Below, one piece after another: positions 38,005-46,216 of a stretch of 64,000 bases of DNA. The DNA is taken from positions 552 to 64,551 of the forward strand of contig JAZRIF010000156.1 in the NCBI GenBank assembly GCA_045645165.1, read 5' to 3'. Within the stretch, counting starts at the first letter, position 1. Every line of letters starts with the position of its first letter. The notes under the pieces are model-generated. The model worked only from the letters and a program-made list of their open reading frames with translations. It was not told the origin of the DNA and did not search any database. The translations under genes were made by a program, and so were the position numbers. The DNA comes from Eubacteriales bacterium (GTDB lineage: Bacteria; Bacillota; Clostridia; Oscillospirales; CAG-272).

Positions 38005-39441
38005 ATGCGTAAATTCGACACAAAAGTTCAGCACTTAAAGTATAAAGTACTTCGTGAAGTGGCTCGTCTCGCGTGGGAAGACAAGCTTCTCGAGAATATG
38101 ATGGATATTCCCAAAAAGCTGGCTCCCGGAAAAGAACCTACCATGCGTTGCTGTGTTTACAAGGAGCGCGCTATTCTGGGGGAGCGCGTCAAACTGGCCA
38201 TGGGCGGCGACAAGGAGAATCCCAACGTCATTGAGGTTATTGAGATCGCTTGTGACGAGTGTCCCGTCGGCGGCTACGAGGTTACCAACGCCTGCCGTGG
38301 CTGTCTCGCTCACCGTTGCGAGGATGTCTGCAAATTCGGCGCACTGACCTTCGATCGTGACCATGTGGCTCACATTGATAAATCTAAGTGTAAGGAGTGC
38401 GGTGCCTGTGCTAAGGTCTGCCCCTTCACCGCCATTGTTCATCGCAAGCGTCCTTGCCAGAACGCTTGTAAGGTCAAGGCTATCTCCATGAATGAGGAAA
38501 AAGCGGCCAAGATCGACAACTCCAAGTGCATCCAGTGCGGCGCTTGCGTATACCAGTGTCCTTTCGGTGCGATTACCGACAAGTCCTTCATGCTCAACGC
38601 CATTGACATTCTCAAGAAGAGCGAACGCAACACCCGCGGCGGCAACTACAAGGTCTACGCCGTTGTGGCTCCCTCTATCTCCAGCCAGTTCTCTTATGCC
38701 AAACTGGGCCAGGTCATCACAGGCCTGAAGAAGCTGGGCTTCCACGACGTGATCGAGGCGGCTCTGGGCGCGGATATGGTAGCCATGGCCGAGGCTAAAG
38801 AGCTTTCCGAAAAGGGACTGCTCACCAGTTCCTGCTGTCCTGCCTTTGTACAGTACATCAAGGCGAACTTCCCCAATCTCGTGGAGCACATTTCTCACAA
38901 TATGTCGCCCATGGCTGTGCTGGCTAAGTACATCAAGGAAACCACACCCAATTCCAAAGTTATCTTCATCGGTCCCTGTACTGCCAAGAAGGCTGAGGCA
39001 CAGCTGGAGTCGGTCAAGCCTTGGGTGGATACCGTTCTCACCTTTGAAGAACTGCAGGCGCTTTTCGATAGTCGCGATTTCGACCTGTCTACTTTTGAGG
39101 AGGGCGTGTTGGATAATGCTTCCTACTTCGGCCGTATCTTCGCTCGAAGCGGCGGTCTGACCGATGCGGCAGTACAGGCAATGAAGGAGCAGAATATCGA
39201 CTTCGAGATCAAGCCCGTTGTTTGCGACGGTATTGAAGCCTGCCGTATGGCGCTTCTCAAGCTCAGTAAGAGCCAGGCCGCTCTGGGCGGAAACTTCATC
39301 GAGGGTATGGCCTGTGTTGGCGGTTGTATCAACGGTGCGGGATGCCTGACCCATGGTGAGAAGAACAAGGCAGACGTGGATAAATACGGTCGTGAGGCTT
39401 TTGAGAAGAACATCACCGATGCAATCTCTCTGCTGAAATAA
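38005..39441 (+). CDS. hydA: Monomeric [FeFe]-hydrogenase (ferredoxin-dependent, group-B-like)
   Basis: Multiple CxxCxxCxxxCP clusters. H-cluster motifs TSSCCP, GPCTAKK and GMACVGGCINGAG. AAGGAG RBS. Confidence 0.85.
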   Translation: MRKFDTKVQHLKYKVLREVARLAWEDKLLENMMDIPKKLAPGKEPTMRCCVYKERAILGERVKLAMGGDKENPNVIEVIEIACDECPVGGYEVTNACRGCLAHRCEDVCKFGALTFDRDHVAHIDKSKCKECGACAKVCPFTAIVHRKRPCQNACKVKAISMNEEKAAKIDNSKCIQCGACVYQCPFGAITDKSFMLNAIDILKKSERNTRGGNYKVYAVVAPSISSQFSYAKLGQVITGLKKLGFHDVIEAALGADMVAMAEAKELSEKGLLTSSCCPAFVQYIKANFPNLVEHISHNMSPMAVLAKYIKETTPNSKVIFIGPCTAKKAEAQLESVKPWVDTVLTFEELQALFDSRDFDLSTFEEGVLDNASYFGRIFARSGGLTDAAVQAMKEQNIDFEIKPVVCDGIEACRMALLKLSKSQAALGGNFIEGMACVGGCINGAGCLTHGEKNKADVDKYGREAFEKNITDAISLLK

Positions 39442-39534
39442 AGACCCGATTTTTCGCTTTCCGCGGTGTCCGACGTGACGGAGTTCTCTCAGATACTGCG
39501 TGAAAAACATCACCGAAGCATGACATAACAGTAG

Positions 39535-39575
39535 ATCCCGACGATCCTCAAGCAGAGAATCGTCGGGATTTTTGG
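39535..39575 (+). terminator. Intrinsic terminator ending the rex-hydA gene string
   Basis: ATCCCGACGAT / ATCGTCGGGAT 11-bp stem followed by TTTTT. Confidence 0.8.
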
Positions 39576-39669
39576 CTGCCTTCAAATCGGCATCGAAATG
39601 CTTTTTTGTGTCTCTTGGCTTGGATTCACTCCACATTCCGATGCTTTCGGTTAAAAATATATTTTTCTC

Positions 39670-39698
39670 TTGAAATTTTGCAAAAATTGTGGTATACT
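39670..39698 (+). promoter_or_regulatory. Sigma-70-type promoter for the phosphatase-lipoprotein gene
   Basis: TTGAAA - 17 nt (ending in TGG) - TATACT. Confidence 0.55.
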
Positions 39699-39751
39699 GC
39701 ATTTGTGGATCCTGCAGATCTATATAAAGATATACAAGGAAAGGATTATCC

Positions 39752-42460
39752 ATGAAGAAACTTGTTAGAGTTATATCTGTCCTGTCAATTGCCGGGTTTG
39801 TTCTGACATCGTGCGCCTGTACAGGGAATGAAACGGATGATACAGAATCGAATACCTCCGCTTCTACGGAACCCGTGTCCTCTTCCAAGACCGAAACCGA
39901 CGAATCGCTGCCCAAGCCCGAGCGTGAGGTCTACCAGGATCTTTCCTTTGAAGTGCCTGCCTATGCGGATCCGGGAACAAAAACCTGCACGGTACAAACC
40001 GAGGGAACGGGCGATTCCGGCCAAGTCAAATTGGATTTCACCGCGACCAATGGATCGTATGTCATCTCCTCTACGAAAATCGGCTTCAGCTGTCACGATG
40101 TGGCCGCGTGCACGGATTGCGGCTACGTGGACACCGAGGATGGCGGTGCATATCTCATGTCCTCCAAGGGCTTGGATCAGGGTGGCGTTACGGTAACCCT
40201 GGCGACCCCCATCCTGGCATCCTCCGTGACGGGCATGACCTTGACGTTCAAAACAACGGCCGAAGCCGCGAGCAGTTCCATGCGTATCCTTCCGACAGCG
40301 GAGACCAACAACGCCGCCTTCGTCAACTCCTGCGCTTCCATGGCAGGGGCTACGAAAAAATGGGTTACGGTGGATCTCGGTATGGAGGATTTCGCGGATA
40401 TCGCGGACAGCGACGGCTATATTCGCGGATTTCAAATGTACTTCCGCAACAAGAACAAAGCCGATTGCTATGTGCAGAGCATCGATTTTACCATCAATCC
40501 GGACAAATTCCTACTCGTTGACGAAGTCATTGGAAATTGTTTCTATCAGCAAGGTGCCGTAGATGCGATTGCCGAAATGATCGCGTCTCGCCTTACCTCT
40601 GCCGATATTCGGGCAGAGATCGTCGTAACCGGTGCGTCCTATCGAAAAAACACCACTACCTCCGCAGGCTCTTTGAGATACAAGGTAACCGCAACCATGC
40701 CTGATGGTACCAAGGTGGTGCAGCAGCACACGGCCGTGATTCCCGCCATTACGGGGGCGTGGCTGGATACCTCGGACGGCCAATACGGCGCGTCCCACGA
40801 CTCCATGGGCCAATGGCAAGAGACCTTTGACCCAAGCGGCATTCTGTTTTTGACCGACAATCGCCTTACCTGCGCGGAAGGGATAGATCGCATAGAGTAC
40901 GCCGTCATCGGAAAAGATACCAAATTTGACGATGAAGCGATCACGTGGCTGATGCCGCAAATGCTCGACATGAACGAAACCGGCTTTTCTCATATGCTGG
41001 TCAACGCTTTCATGGACATGAATGATGCCCTCATCGAAGGAGAGACCTACCGTCTGCTGGTGCGGGGCGTGACCCAACGGGACAATTACATACTCCACAT
41101 TGATATCCCCTTCGTGTATTCTACGCTCTCCAAGGAGGCCACGGAGCTGCTGGAGGCCGCAGGAAAAGCTGTAGAAGGTGCGGATTTCATTTGCGCTGAG
41201 TCCGTCGAGGATAAGGTAGGGTTCGTGCGGGATCAACTTTCCACGCTGATTCAAAACGAAAGTGTTGCCGTTGACGTGACTGTGTTGGGAGAGGGTGTTC
41301 ATTCTCTGCGCTTGCGGGTAGCTCTGCGATGCGTGACCGAAATCTCCGAGGCTCGCCTGCCCACGTATATCTTGAACGGAGAAAAGATCATGGACGTTTA
41401 CAATTACGAAGGTCGCGCTTTCCTTTATGAGGACGTGACGATACCGTATACCGACGAGAAAAGCAGCCTTTCTCTGATCTCTCCTTACGACGGAGATTCC
41501 CACGTTATTTTGGCTGCCGATTGCATTTGCGACCACGCTAAGGCTCCGCTTTCTGATATAGAGAATCCGAATTACGGATATATGCAGGGCGAGCATTGCA
41601 CCCCGCCTCCTGTCAGCCTTGTCTGGTCGGATGCAAAGGGGACGAAAGGGAAGCAATATACGGTTTGCATCTCTACCAACCGGGATATGAGCCACGCTCA
41701 GGAAATCATCGTGACCGATACCTGTGCTGATGTATACAATTTGAATGTTGGTACCCAATATTTCTGGCAGGTGAGATCGGAGGATGAGGCCTCCCTCGTG
41801 CAGACCTTTACAACCGAGGTGGGTTATCCTCGTTTTATCAAGCTGGACGGTGTCTCCAACGTGCGGGATATTGGCGGCTATATCACCGTGGACGGTAAGC
41901 GGGTCAAACAGAATCTGGCCTACCGCTCCGCCCAACTGGAGAGCATTACCGCTGAGGGCTTGGCGGTTGCCTTGCATCAACTGAATATTCGCACGGATCT
42001 TGACCTGCGCGGGGGATCCACTACTCCCTTGGGTCAGACTGTGCAACATATTTCTGTCCCTATGCAATGGTACGAGCATATTTTTGAGGAGGAGATGCAC
42101 GCAGCTGTTCGCAAAACCGTCGCAACCTTCGCATACAAGGAAAATTATCCCATCCTGTTCCACTGCTCCATGGGACGTGACCGCACCGGAACGACGGCGT
42201 TTTTGATCCTCGGACTTCTTGGGGTGGATGAGGATACCCTGCGACATGAATATTACGCGTCCTTCTTCTCCCAGCAGGGTGCTTTTGATGAAGCCGAATT
42301 CTCCCTGCTCATCATCAACATGAACCGATTGGTGAAGGGCTTTGATGAATACGGCGATGCCGACGATACGCTTCAAGAAAAGATTCAGTCCTACTTGCTC
42401 CACATCGGTGTCACCGAGGCTGAAATTCAAAGTATTCGGGAAATTTGGTTAGAGTCGTAA
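39752..42460 (+). CDS. Large lipoprotein with a C-terminal CX5R tyrosine-phosphatase-like (Y_phosphatase3-type) domain
   Basis: Signal peptide plus lipobox (VLTSCAC). About 650 aa of unassigned beta-rich sequence. The C-terminal domain carries NVRDIGG...LDLRG...FHCSMGRDRTGT. Confidence 0.75.
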   Translation: MKKLVRVISVLSIAGFVLTSCACTGNETDDTESNTSASTEPVSSSKTETDESLPKPEREVYQDLSFEVPAYADPGTKTCTVQTEGTGDSGQVKLDFTATNGSYVISSTKIGFSCHDVAACTDCGYVDTEDGGAYLMSSKGLDQGGVTVTLATPILASSVTGMTLTFKTTAEAASSSMRILPTAETNNAAFVNSCASMAGATKKWVTVDLGMEDFADIADSDGYIRGFQMYFRNKNKADCYVQSIDFTINPDKFLLVDEVIGNCFYQQGAVDAIAEMIASRLTSADIRAEIVVTGASYRKNTTTSAGSLRYKVTATMPDGTKVVQQHTAVIPAITGAWLDTSDGQYGASHDSMGQWQETFDPSGILFLTDNRLTCAEGIDRIEYAVIGKDTKFDDEAITWLMPQMLDMNETGFSHMLVNAFMDMNDALIEGETYRLLVRGVTQRDNYILHIDIPFVYSTLSKEATELLEAAGKAVEGADFICAESVEDKVGFVRDQLSTLIQNESVAVDVTVLGEGVHSLRLRVALRCVTEISEARLPTYILNGEKIMDVYNYEGRAFLYEDVTIPYTDEKSSLSLISPYDGDSHVILAADCICDHAKAPLSDIENPNYGYMQGEHCTPPPVSLVWSDAKGTKGKQYTVCISTNRDMSHAQEIIVTDTCADVYNLNVGTQYFWQVRSEDEASLVQTFTTEVGYPRFIKLDGVSNVRDIGGYITVDGKRVKQNLAYRSAQLESITAEGLAVALHQLNIRTDLDLRGGSTTPLGQTVQHISVPMQWYEHIFEEEMHAAVRKTVATFAYKENYPILFHCSMGRDRTGTTAFLILGLLGVDEDTLRHEYYASFFSQQGAFDEAEFSLLIINMNRLVKGFDEYGDADDTLQEKIQSYLLHIGVTEAEIQSIREIWLES

Positions 42461-42486
42461 GACGTACCGACAATAAGATTTTAACG

Positions 42487-42516
42487 ATCGCCGAGGATGA
42501 TTTCATCCTCGGCGAT
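42487..42516 (+). terminator. Perfect 14-bp hairpin after the phosphatase-lipoprotein gene
   Basis: ATCGCCGAGGATGA / TCATCCTCGGCGAT. There is no clear U-tract. Confidence 0.5.
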
Positions 42517-42530
42517 ATGATTGAAAAAAG

Positions 42531-42593
42531 AAATCCGAACTATTTCGATTGACGAAATAGTTCGGATTTGTTACGTTTGGTGACCCGTACGGG
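42531..42593. repeat. Hairpin + GGTGAC unit (member of the hairpin-GGTGA repeat family)
   Basis: 17-bp stem AAATCCGAACTATTTCG / CGAAATAGTTCGGATTT, then GTTACGTTT-GGTGAC-CCGTACGGG. Confidence 0.6.
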
Positions 42594-42706
42594 AATCTGA
42601 AACCCTGCGTGCGCATAAGAAAAAACTTGTCCCCGAAACATCGTGCGCACGCTTTGCCAAGTCCTTGGGGACTTGGCGGGGCTCAGATTCGCTCAACAAA
42701 TTCGAC

Positions 42707-42780
42707 AGAAACAGAAAAAGCACTGCTATTGCAGTGCTTTTTCTGTTTCTGGTGAGCCATTGCTTGGATATGTCGAACAC
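42707..42780. repeat. Hairpin + TGGTGAGCCATT...ATATGTCGAACAC unit, copy 1
   Basis: 20-bp stem AGAAACAGAAAAAGCACTGC / GCAGTGCTTTTTCTGTTTCT (42707-42750), followed by the conserved motif at 42750-42780. Confidence 0.7.
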
Positions 42781-42901
42781 GGGAATTTCGCTTCGCGAAA
42801 ATTCGCACGCTCTACGCCTTGCAAGCGAGCTTGCAGATCTCCGAGCGGCGAAACCGAACCCATGCGTGCTTCGCACGCCGTGCCGCTCCTGACGAGTAAA
42901 C

Positions 42902-42974
42902 AAAAACAACCTAACCCGAAAGTGTTCGAGTTAGGTTGTTTTTGGTGAGCCATTACCCGAATATGTCGAACACC
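42902..42974. repeat. Hairpin + TGGTGAGCCATT...ATATGTCGAACACC unit, copy 2
   Basis: 14-bp stem AAAAACAACCTAAC / GTTAGGTTGTTTTT (42902-42943), followed by the motif at 42943-42974. Confidence 0.7.
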
Positions 42975-43050
42975 TTGATGGGCTCTACCAATAACACTTC
43001 GAGTGTATTGTAGCATATCACTTTGAATTTGTCAAGATAAAGTATCGAAA

Positions 43051-43404
43051 TCAGGCCCACATCTCTATCCGTATCGTCCAACACCCCTCCTCATCCTTTT
43101 GCATTGAAGTCCTCGGCAAATTCCTCACACCAACAAAAAAGGAACAGCCCCGATCATCGTCAGGGCCGTTCCGTAGCGGCGTATTGAAGTGGATTTCTAT
43201 TTTGTCGTTGTAGAGTACGATCTTGCGGATGAACAGATTGATCAGCATAGCTCCCTCCATTTTCAGTGCCTCCGCGTAATACTCACGGATCGCGCTTTCG
43301 GGAACTTTCACGACCGCCTTGCTTTGCTCGATCAGGATCTCCTTTTCCAGCTCACCTTGCTGCTGCTCCAGCTCGTGCAAACGCTTGTTTGTGGTCACGG
43401 ACAT
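43051..43404 (-). pseudogene. 3' remnant of a large serine recombinase gene
   Basis: The 117-aa ORF resembles the C-terminal coiled-coil and tail of Tn4451/TndX-like large serine recombinases (RLHELEQQQGELEKE...IRKIVLYNDKIEIHFN). There is an in-frame stop 3 codons upstream of the first ATG and no resolvase catalytic domain. Confidence 0.6.
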
Positions 43405-43506
43405 GATGCCTTAGCCTAAACACTTTCACATCTTTTCAACCAATTCCAAGTTTTCACAATCTTTTACAACCTATTCTTTTCCTCCATTCTCTCTTTACAC
43501 CTTCCC

Positions 43507-43679
43507 ACCATCAGAACCCACCGAAGCCGTCAAGGGAAAAAGGAAAAAGTATTGCAGTCATGTCATGAAAAAAGAGCCGATTTGAAAGACAGTTTTTCTG
43601 TCAACCAAATCGGCTCTATGAATTTTCAGCGATACTTTTTCCCCTGTAACGCTTGACGGGGGCGGTGGCGTTCTGATAG
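43507..43679. repeat. Roughly 170-bp imperfect palindrome with a nested central hairpin
   Basis: The outer arms (43507-43551 and 43631-43679) share CATCAGAAC..CCACCG..CCGTCAAG..GGAAAAAGTAT in inverted orientation. The inner stem is AGAGCCGATTTG (43573-43584) / CAAATCGGCTCT (43606-43617), with an innermost GACAG/CTGTC pair. Confidence 0.6.
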
Positions 43680-43718
43680 AATCTACCTGAAACTTAAACA
43701 TTGTCCGAGGCTCGTGGT

Positions 43719-44543
43719 TCAAGGAGATGATGTCTCTTTCACCAACGCCAGATATTCACGGGGGGATATAGCCATCTTCCGCTTGAAGACGGTGGAAAAA
43801 TATTGGGCATCGGGATAGCCGCACCGCAGGGCCACGTCGCTGATGCTTGTAAAGCCTTGCTTCAGCATGGTGCAGGCGTGCTGGATACGCACCGTGTGGA
43901 GATATTCAACAATTCCCACTCCAACATGCCGTTTGAACACATTGGAAAGGTATTTTTTGTTATATTTCAACTCACTTCCCAGTTTTTCCAGCGAAAACTC
44001 GGAGTCAGAAAAATGCTCGTCCACATATTTCTGGATCATGGAGACTACGTCATTTACCCCATCCTCATGCGATGGGAAGCAACACATTTGCTCACCCAAA
44101 TAGGCGAAGGTGTAGAGCAGGACTGCTTCGCTGGCAATGTCCGACAATTCTGAGTGAAAGCAAATTCCATTTTTCCAGACCGTAGCCAGATCCTTGCAAC
44201 TCTTCATGATGGGGGTTTTTGGGGAGATACTCAGCTTGTCAAGAAGTCGATTACCCCGAGCACCAAGAAAACTGATGTACATATATTGAAAATCCGACAC
44301 AGACTCGATGGCAAAGGGTTCAGAAGGGAAAGAAAAGAATACATCACCTTCCGTAACAGTACGAATTTCTCCCTTGGTGTGGAACTTACCTTCCCCTTGG
44401 GTAACGAGATAGACTGTATAGAGTGACTTCAAATGCAGGCCCGTATAGACCTGTTCCTTCGTTTCCAGAACAAAATGGACGGTATGAATGCTGTGGTCGT
44501 TGACTTCGCGAGGAACAAAGCGGCAAATGTTCTGCTTGACCAT
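43719..44543 (-). CDS. AraC-family transcriptional regulator (cupin-like sensor plus 2x HTH)
   Basis: C-terminal AraC HTH signature (ISDVALRCGYPDAQYFSTVFKRKMAISPREY). I prefer the ATG at 44543, which follows AAGGAGG. Confidence 0.85.
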   Translation of the reverse strand: MVKQNICRFVPREVNDHSIHTVHFVLETKEQVYTGLHLKSLYTVYLVTQGEGKFHTKGEIRTVTEGDVFFSFPSEPFAIESVSDFQYMYISFLGARGNRLLDKLSISPKTPIMKSCKDLATVWKNGICFHSELSDIASEAVLLYTFAYLGEQMCCFPSHEDGVNDVVSMIQKYVDEHFSDSEFSLEKLGSELKYNKKYLSNVFKRHVGVGIVEYLHTVRIQHACTMLKQGFTSISDVALRCGYPDAQYFSTVFKRKMAISPREYLALVKETSSP

Positions 44544-44748
44544 AAAAGCTCCTCCTTGGAGTAGTATATTTTTAGTATACCACAATTTGTTTTGGAAGTC
44601 AACCTTGAGGTAACGATTTTAAAAAAACAAGTAGATTTTACCTACTGACTATTCAAAAAATCTATGGTATAATAAAAATGCTGTACGGATAGTCAAATTA
44701 CGATTAGCCATACACGCTATTCTATCCAATAGAAAGGAATCATCTCTT

Positions 44749-46041
44749 ATGAAAAAAGTTAGAATTGGAGTTTTGGGTGCCTACCGTGGCACAAGCATGA
44801 TCAACTACTGCAAGCGTGCCGACCACGCTGAGGTAGTGGCCATTTGCGATAAGAGTCCAGAGGCACTGGACGCCCAGCGTGCCGCAGCAGAAGGACTTGA
44901 CATTACCTTTTACGATCATTTTGACAAGTTCATCGAGCACGACATGGACGCCGTGGTGCTGGCCAATTACGCCAATGAGCATGCCCCCTTCGCTATCCGT
45001 TGCTTGAAGCGAGGCCTTCATGTTTTCTCCGAGGTACTGCCTGTGCAAAACATGAAAGAGGCGGTAGAACTGGTGGAGGCCGTGGAGGAGAGTGGTCTGG
45101 TCTATGCTTACGGTGAGAACTACTGCTATATGCCCGCCACCTATGAGATGAAAAAGCTCTACGAGAGCGGTGAAATTGGTGAATTCGAGTACGCCGAGGG
45201 TGAATACATCCATAACTGCGAATCCATCTGGCACTCCATTACATACGGTGAGCCTGACCATTGGCGCAACAGCGGATACTCTACTTTCTATTGTACCCAC
45301 TCGCTGGGGCCTATCATCCATACCACAAAGCTTCGTCCCGTGTCTGTTACGGGCTTTGAAGCTACCAGAAATGCCCGTAGTCTGCGTGTCGGACGTAAGA
45401 GTGCTCAGTTCGGCATTGAGATGGTGACGCTCGAAAACGGTGGTATTGTCAAGTCCATTCACGGCGATCTTTACAAGAACTCCATTTGGTACACTATGTA
45501 CGGCTCCAAGGGACGCATGGAGTGCGGACGCGAGGATGCTTGTGATGGTCATATCTGCAAGATTTATATCAATAAGGATGAGTATGATGGCGGTTACGAA
45601 ACCGGTTCTCTGCGTTCCTATTTCCCTGAACACAAGGTCGATGGCGATGCGTCTGGATTTGGTCACGGCGGTTCGGATTTCTTCTCCATGTACTATTTCA
45701 TAAAGAAGATTCTGGGTGATGAGGACGCAGACACCATCGATGTATATGAGGCTCTGGATATGTTCCTCCCCGGTCTGTTCGCCTACCGCTCTATTCTGGC
45801 GGGTGGTATTCCCATGGCGGTTCCTAACCTACGTAATAAGGAAGAACGTGAGATCTGGAGAAATGACCCCGCCTGCACTGATCCTAAGGCTGCGGGAGAT
45901 ATGCTTCTGCCTAACTTCTCTGCAGGCACACCCGAGATTCCACAGGAGGTCTATGATTATCAAGCGGCTTTGTGGGCAGAAGAGTGTACTAAGACCGAAG
46001 GTACTTACCGCACCGGTGCTCTGAGTCAGGGTAGCAAATAA
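44749..46041 (+). CDS. Gfo/Idh/MocA-family NAD(P)-dependent oxidoreductase (430 aa, cytoplasmic)
   Basis: N-terminal Rossmann motif VRIGVLGAYRGTS....AEVVAICD and an EKP-like region. There is no signal peptide. Confidence 0.8.
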   Translation: MKKVRIGVLGAYRGTSMINYCKRADHAEVVAICDKSPEALDAQRAAAEGLDITFYDHFDKFIEHDMDAVVLANYANEHAPFAIRCLKRGLHVFSEVLPVQNMKEAVELVEAVEESGLVYAYGENYCYMPATYEMKKLYESGEIGEFEYAEGEYIHNCESIWHSITYGEPDHWRNSGYSTFYCTHSLGPIIHTTKLRPVSVTGFEATRNARSLRVGRKSAQFGIEMVTLENGGIVKSIHGDLYKNSIWYTMYGSKGRMECGREDACDGHICKIYINKDEYDGGYETGSLRSYFPEHKVDGDASGFGHGGSDFFSMYYFIKKILGDEDADTIDVYEALDMFLPGLFAYRSILAGGIPMAVPNLRNKEEREIWRNDPACTDPKAAGDMLLPNFSAGTPEIPQEVYDYQAALWAEECTKTEGTYRTGALSQGSK

Positions 46042-46216
46042 GGATCGTGATACAGAGGTTGATATAAAAAGCCTCTGGTCCGAGATAAAAGAAGAACCGA
46101 TATTCACTCCATCATAGCAAAATGGAAAGAAAACTTGGCGTATAAGCCCTTTAAATTCCTTAACCAAAACGCATAATGAAGTGATTCGGTTCTTTCTTAC
46201 TTTTACTACAGTTAGG

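Noticed and set aside
39707-39721. GGATCCTGCAGATCT: overlapping BamHI, PstI and BglII sites that look like a cloning polylinker.
   Set aside because: It is an isolated 15-mer in the 5' UTR, just downstream of a plausible native promoter. No other vector-like sequence, selectable marker or further restriction-site clustering lies around it. Coincidence is the most likely explanation.
42577-42974. tRNA or tRNA-fragment genes on the minus strand, suggested by ...GGCTCACCA ends followed by terminators and a GGTAGAGC D-loop-like box.
   Set aside because: The 17 nt preceding the putative acceptor strand do not form a T-arm, no GTTCGAATC-type T-loop is present, and no cloverleaf can be drawn. I report these only as a repeat family.
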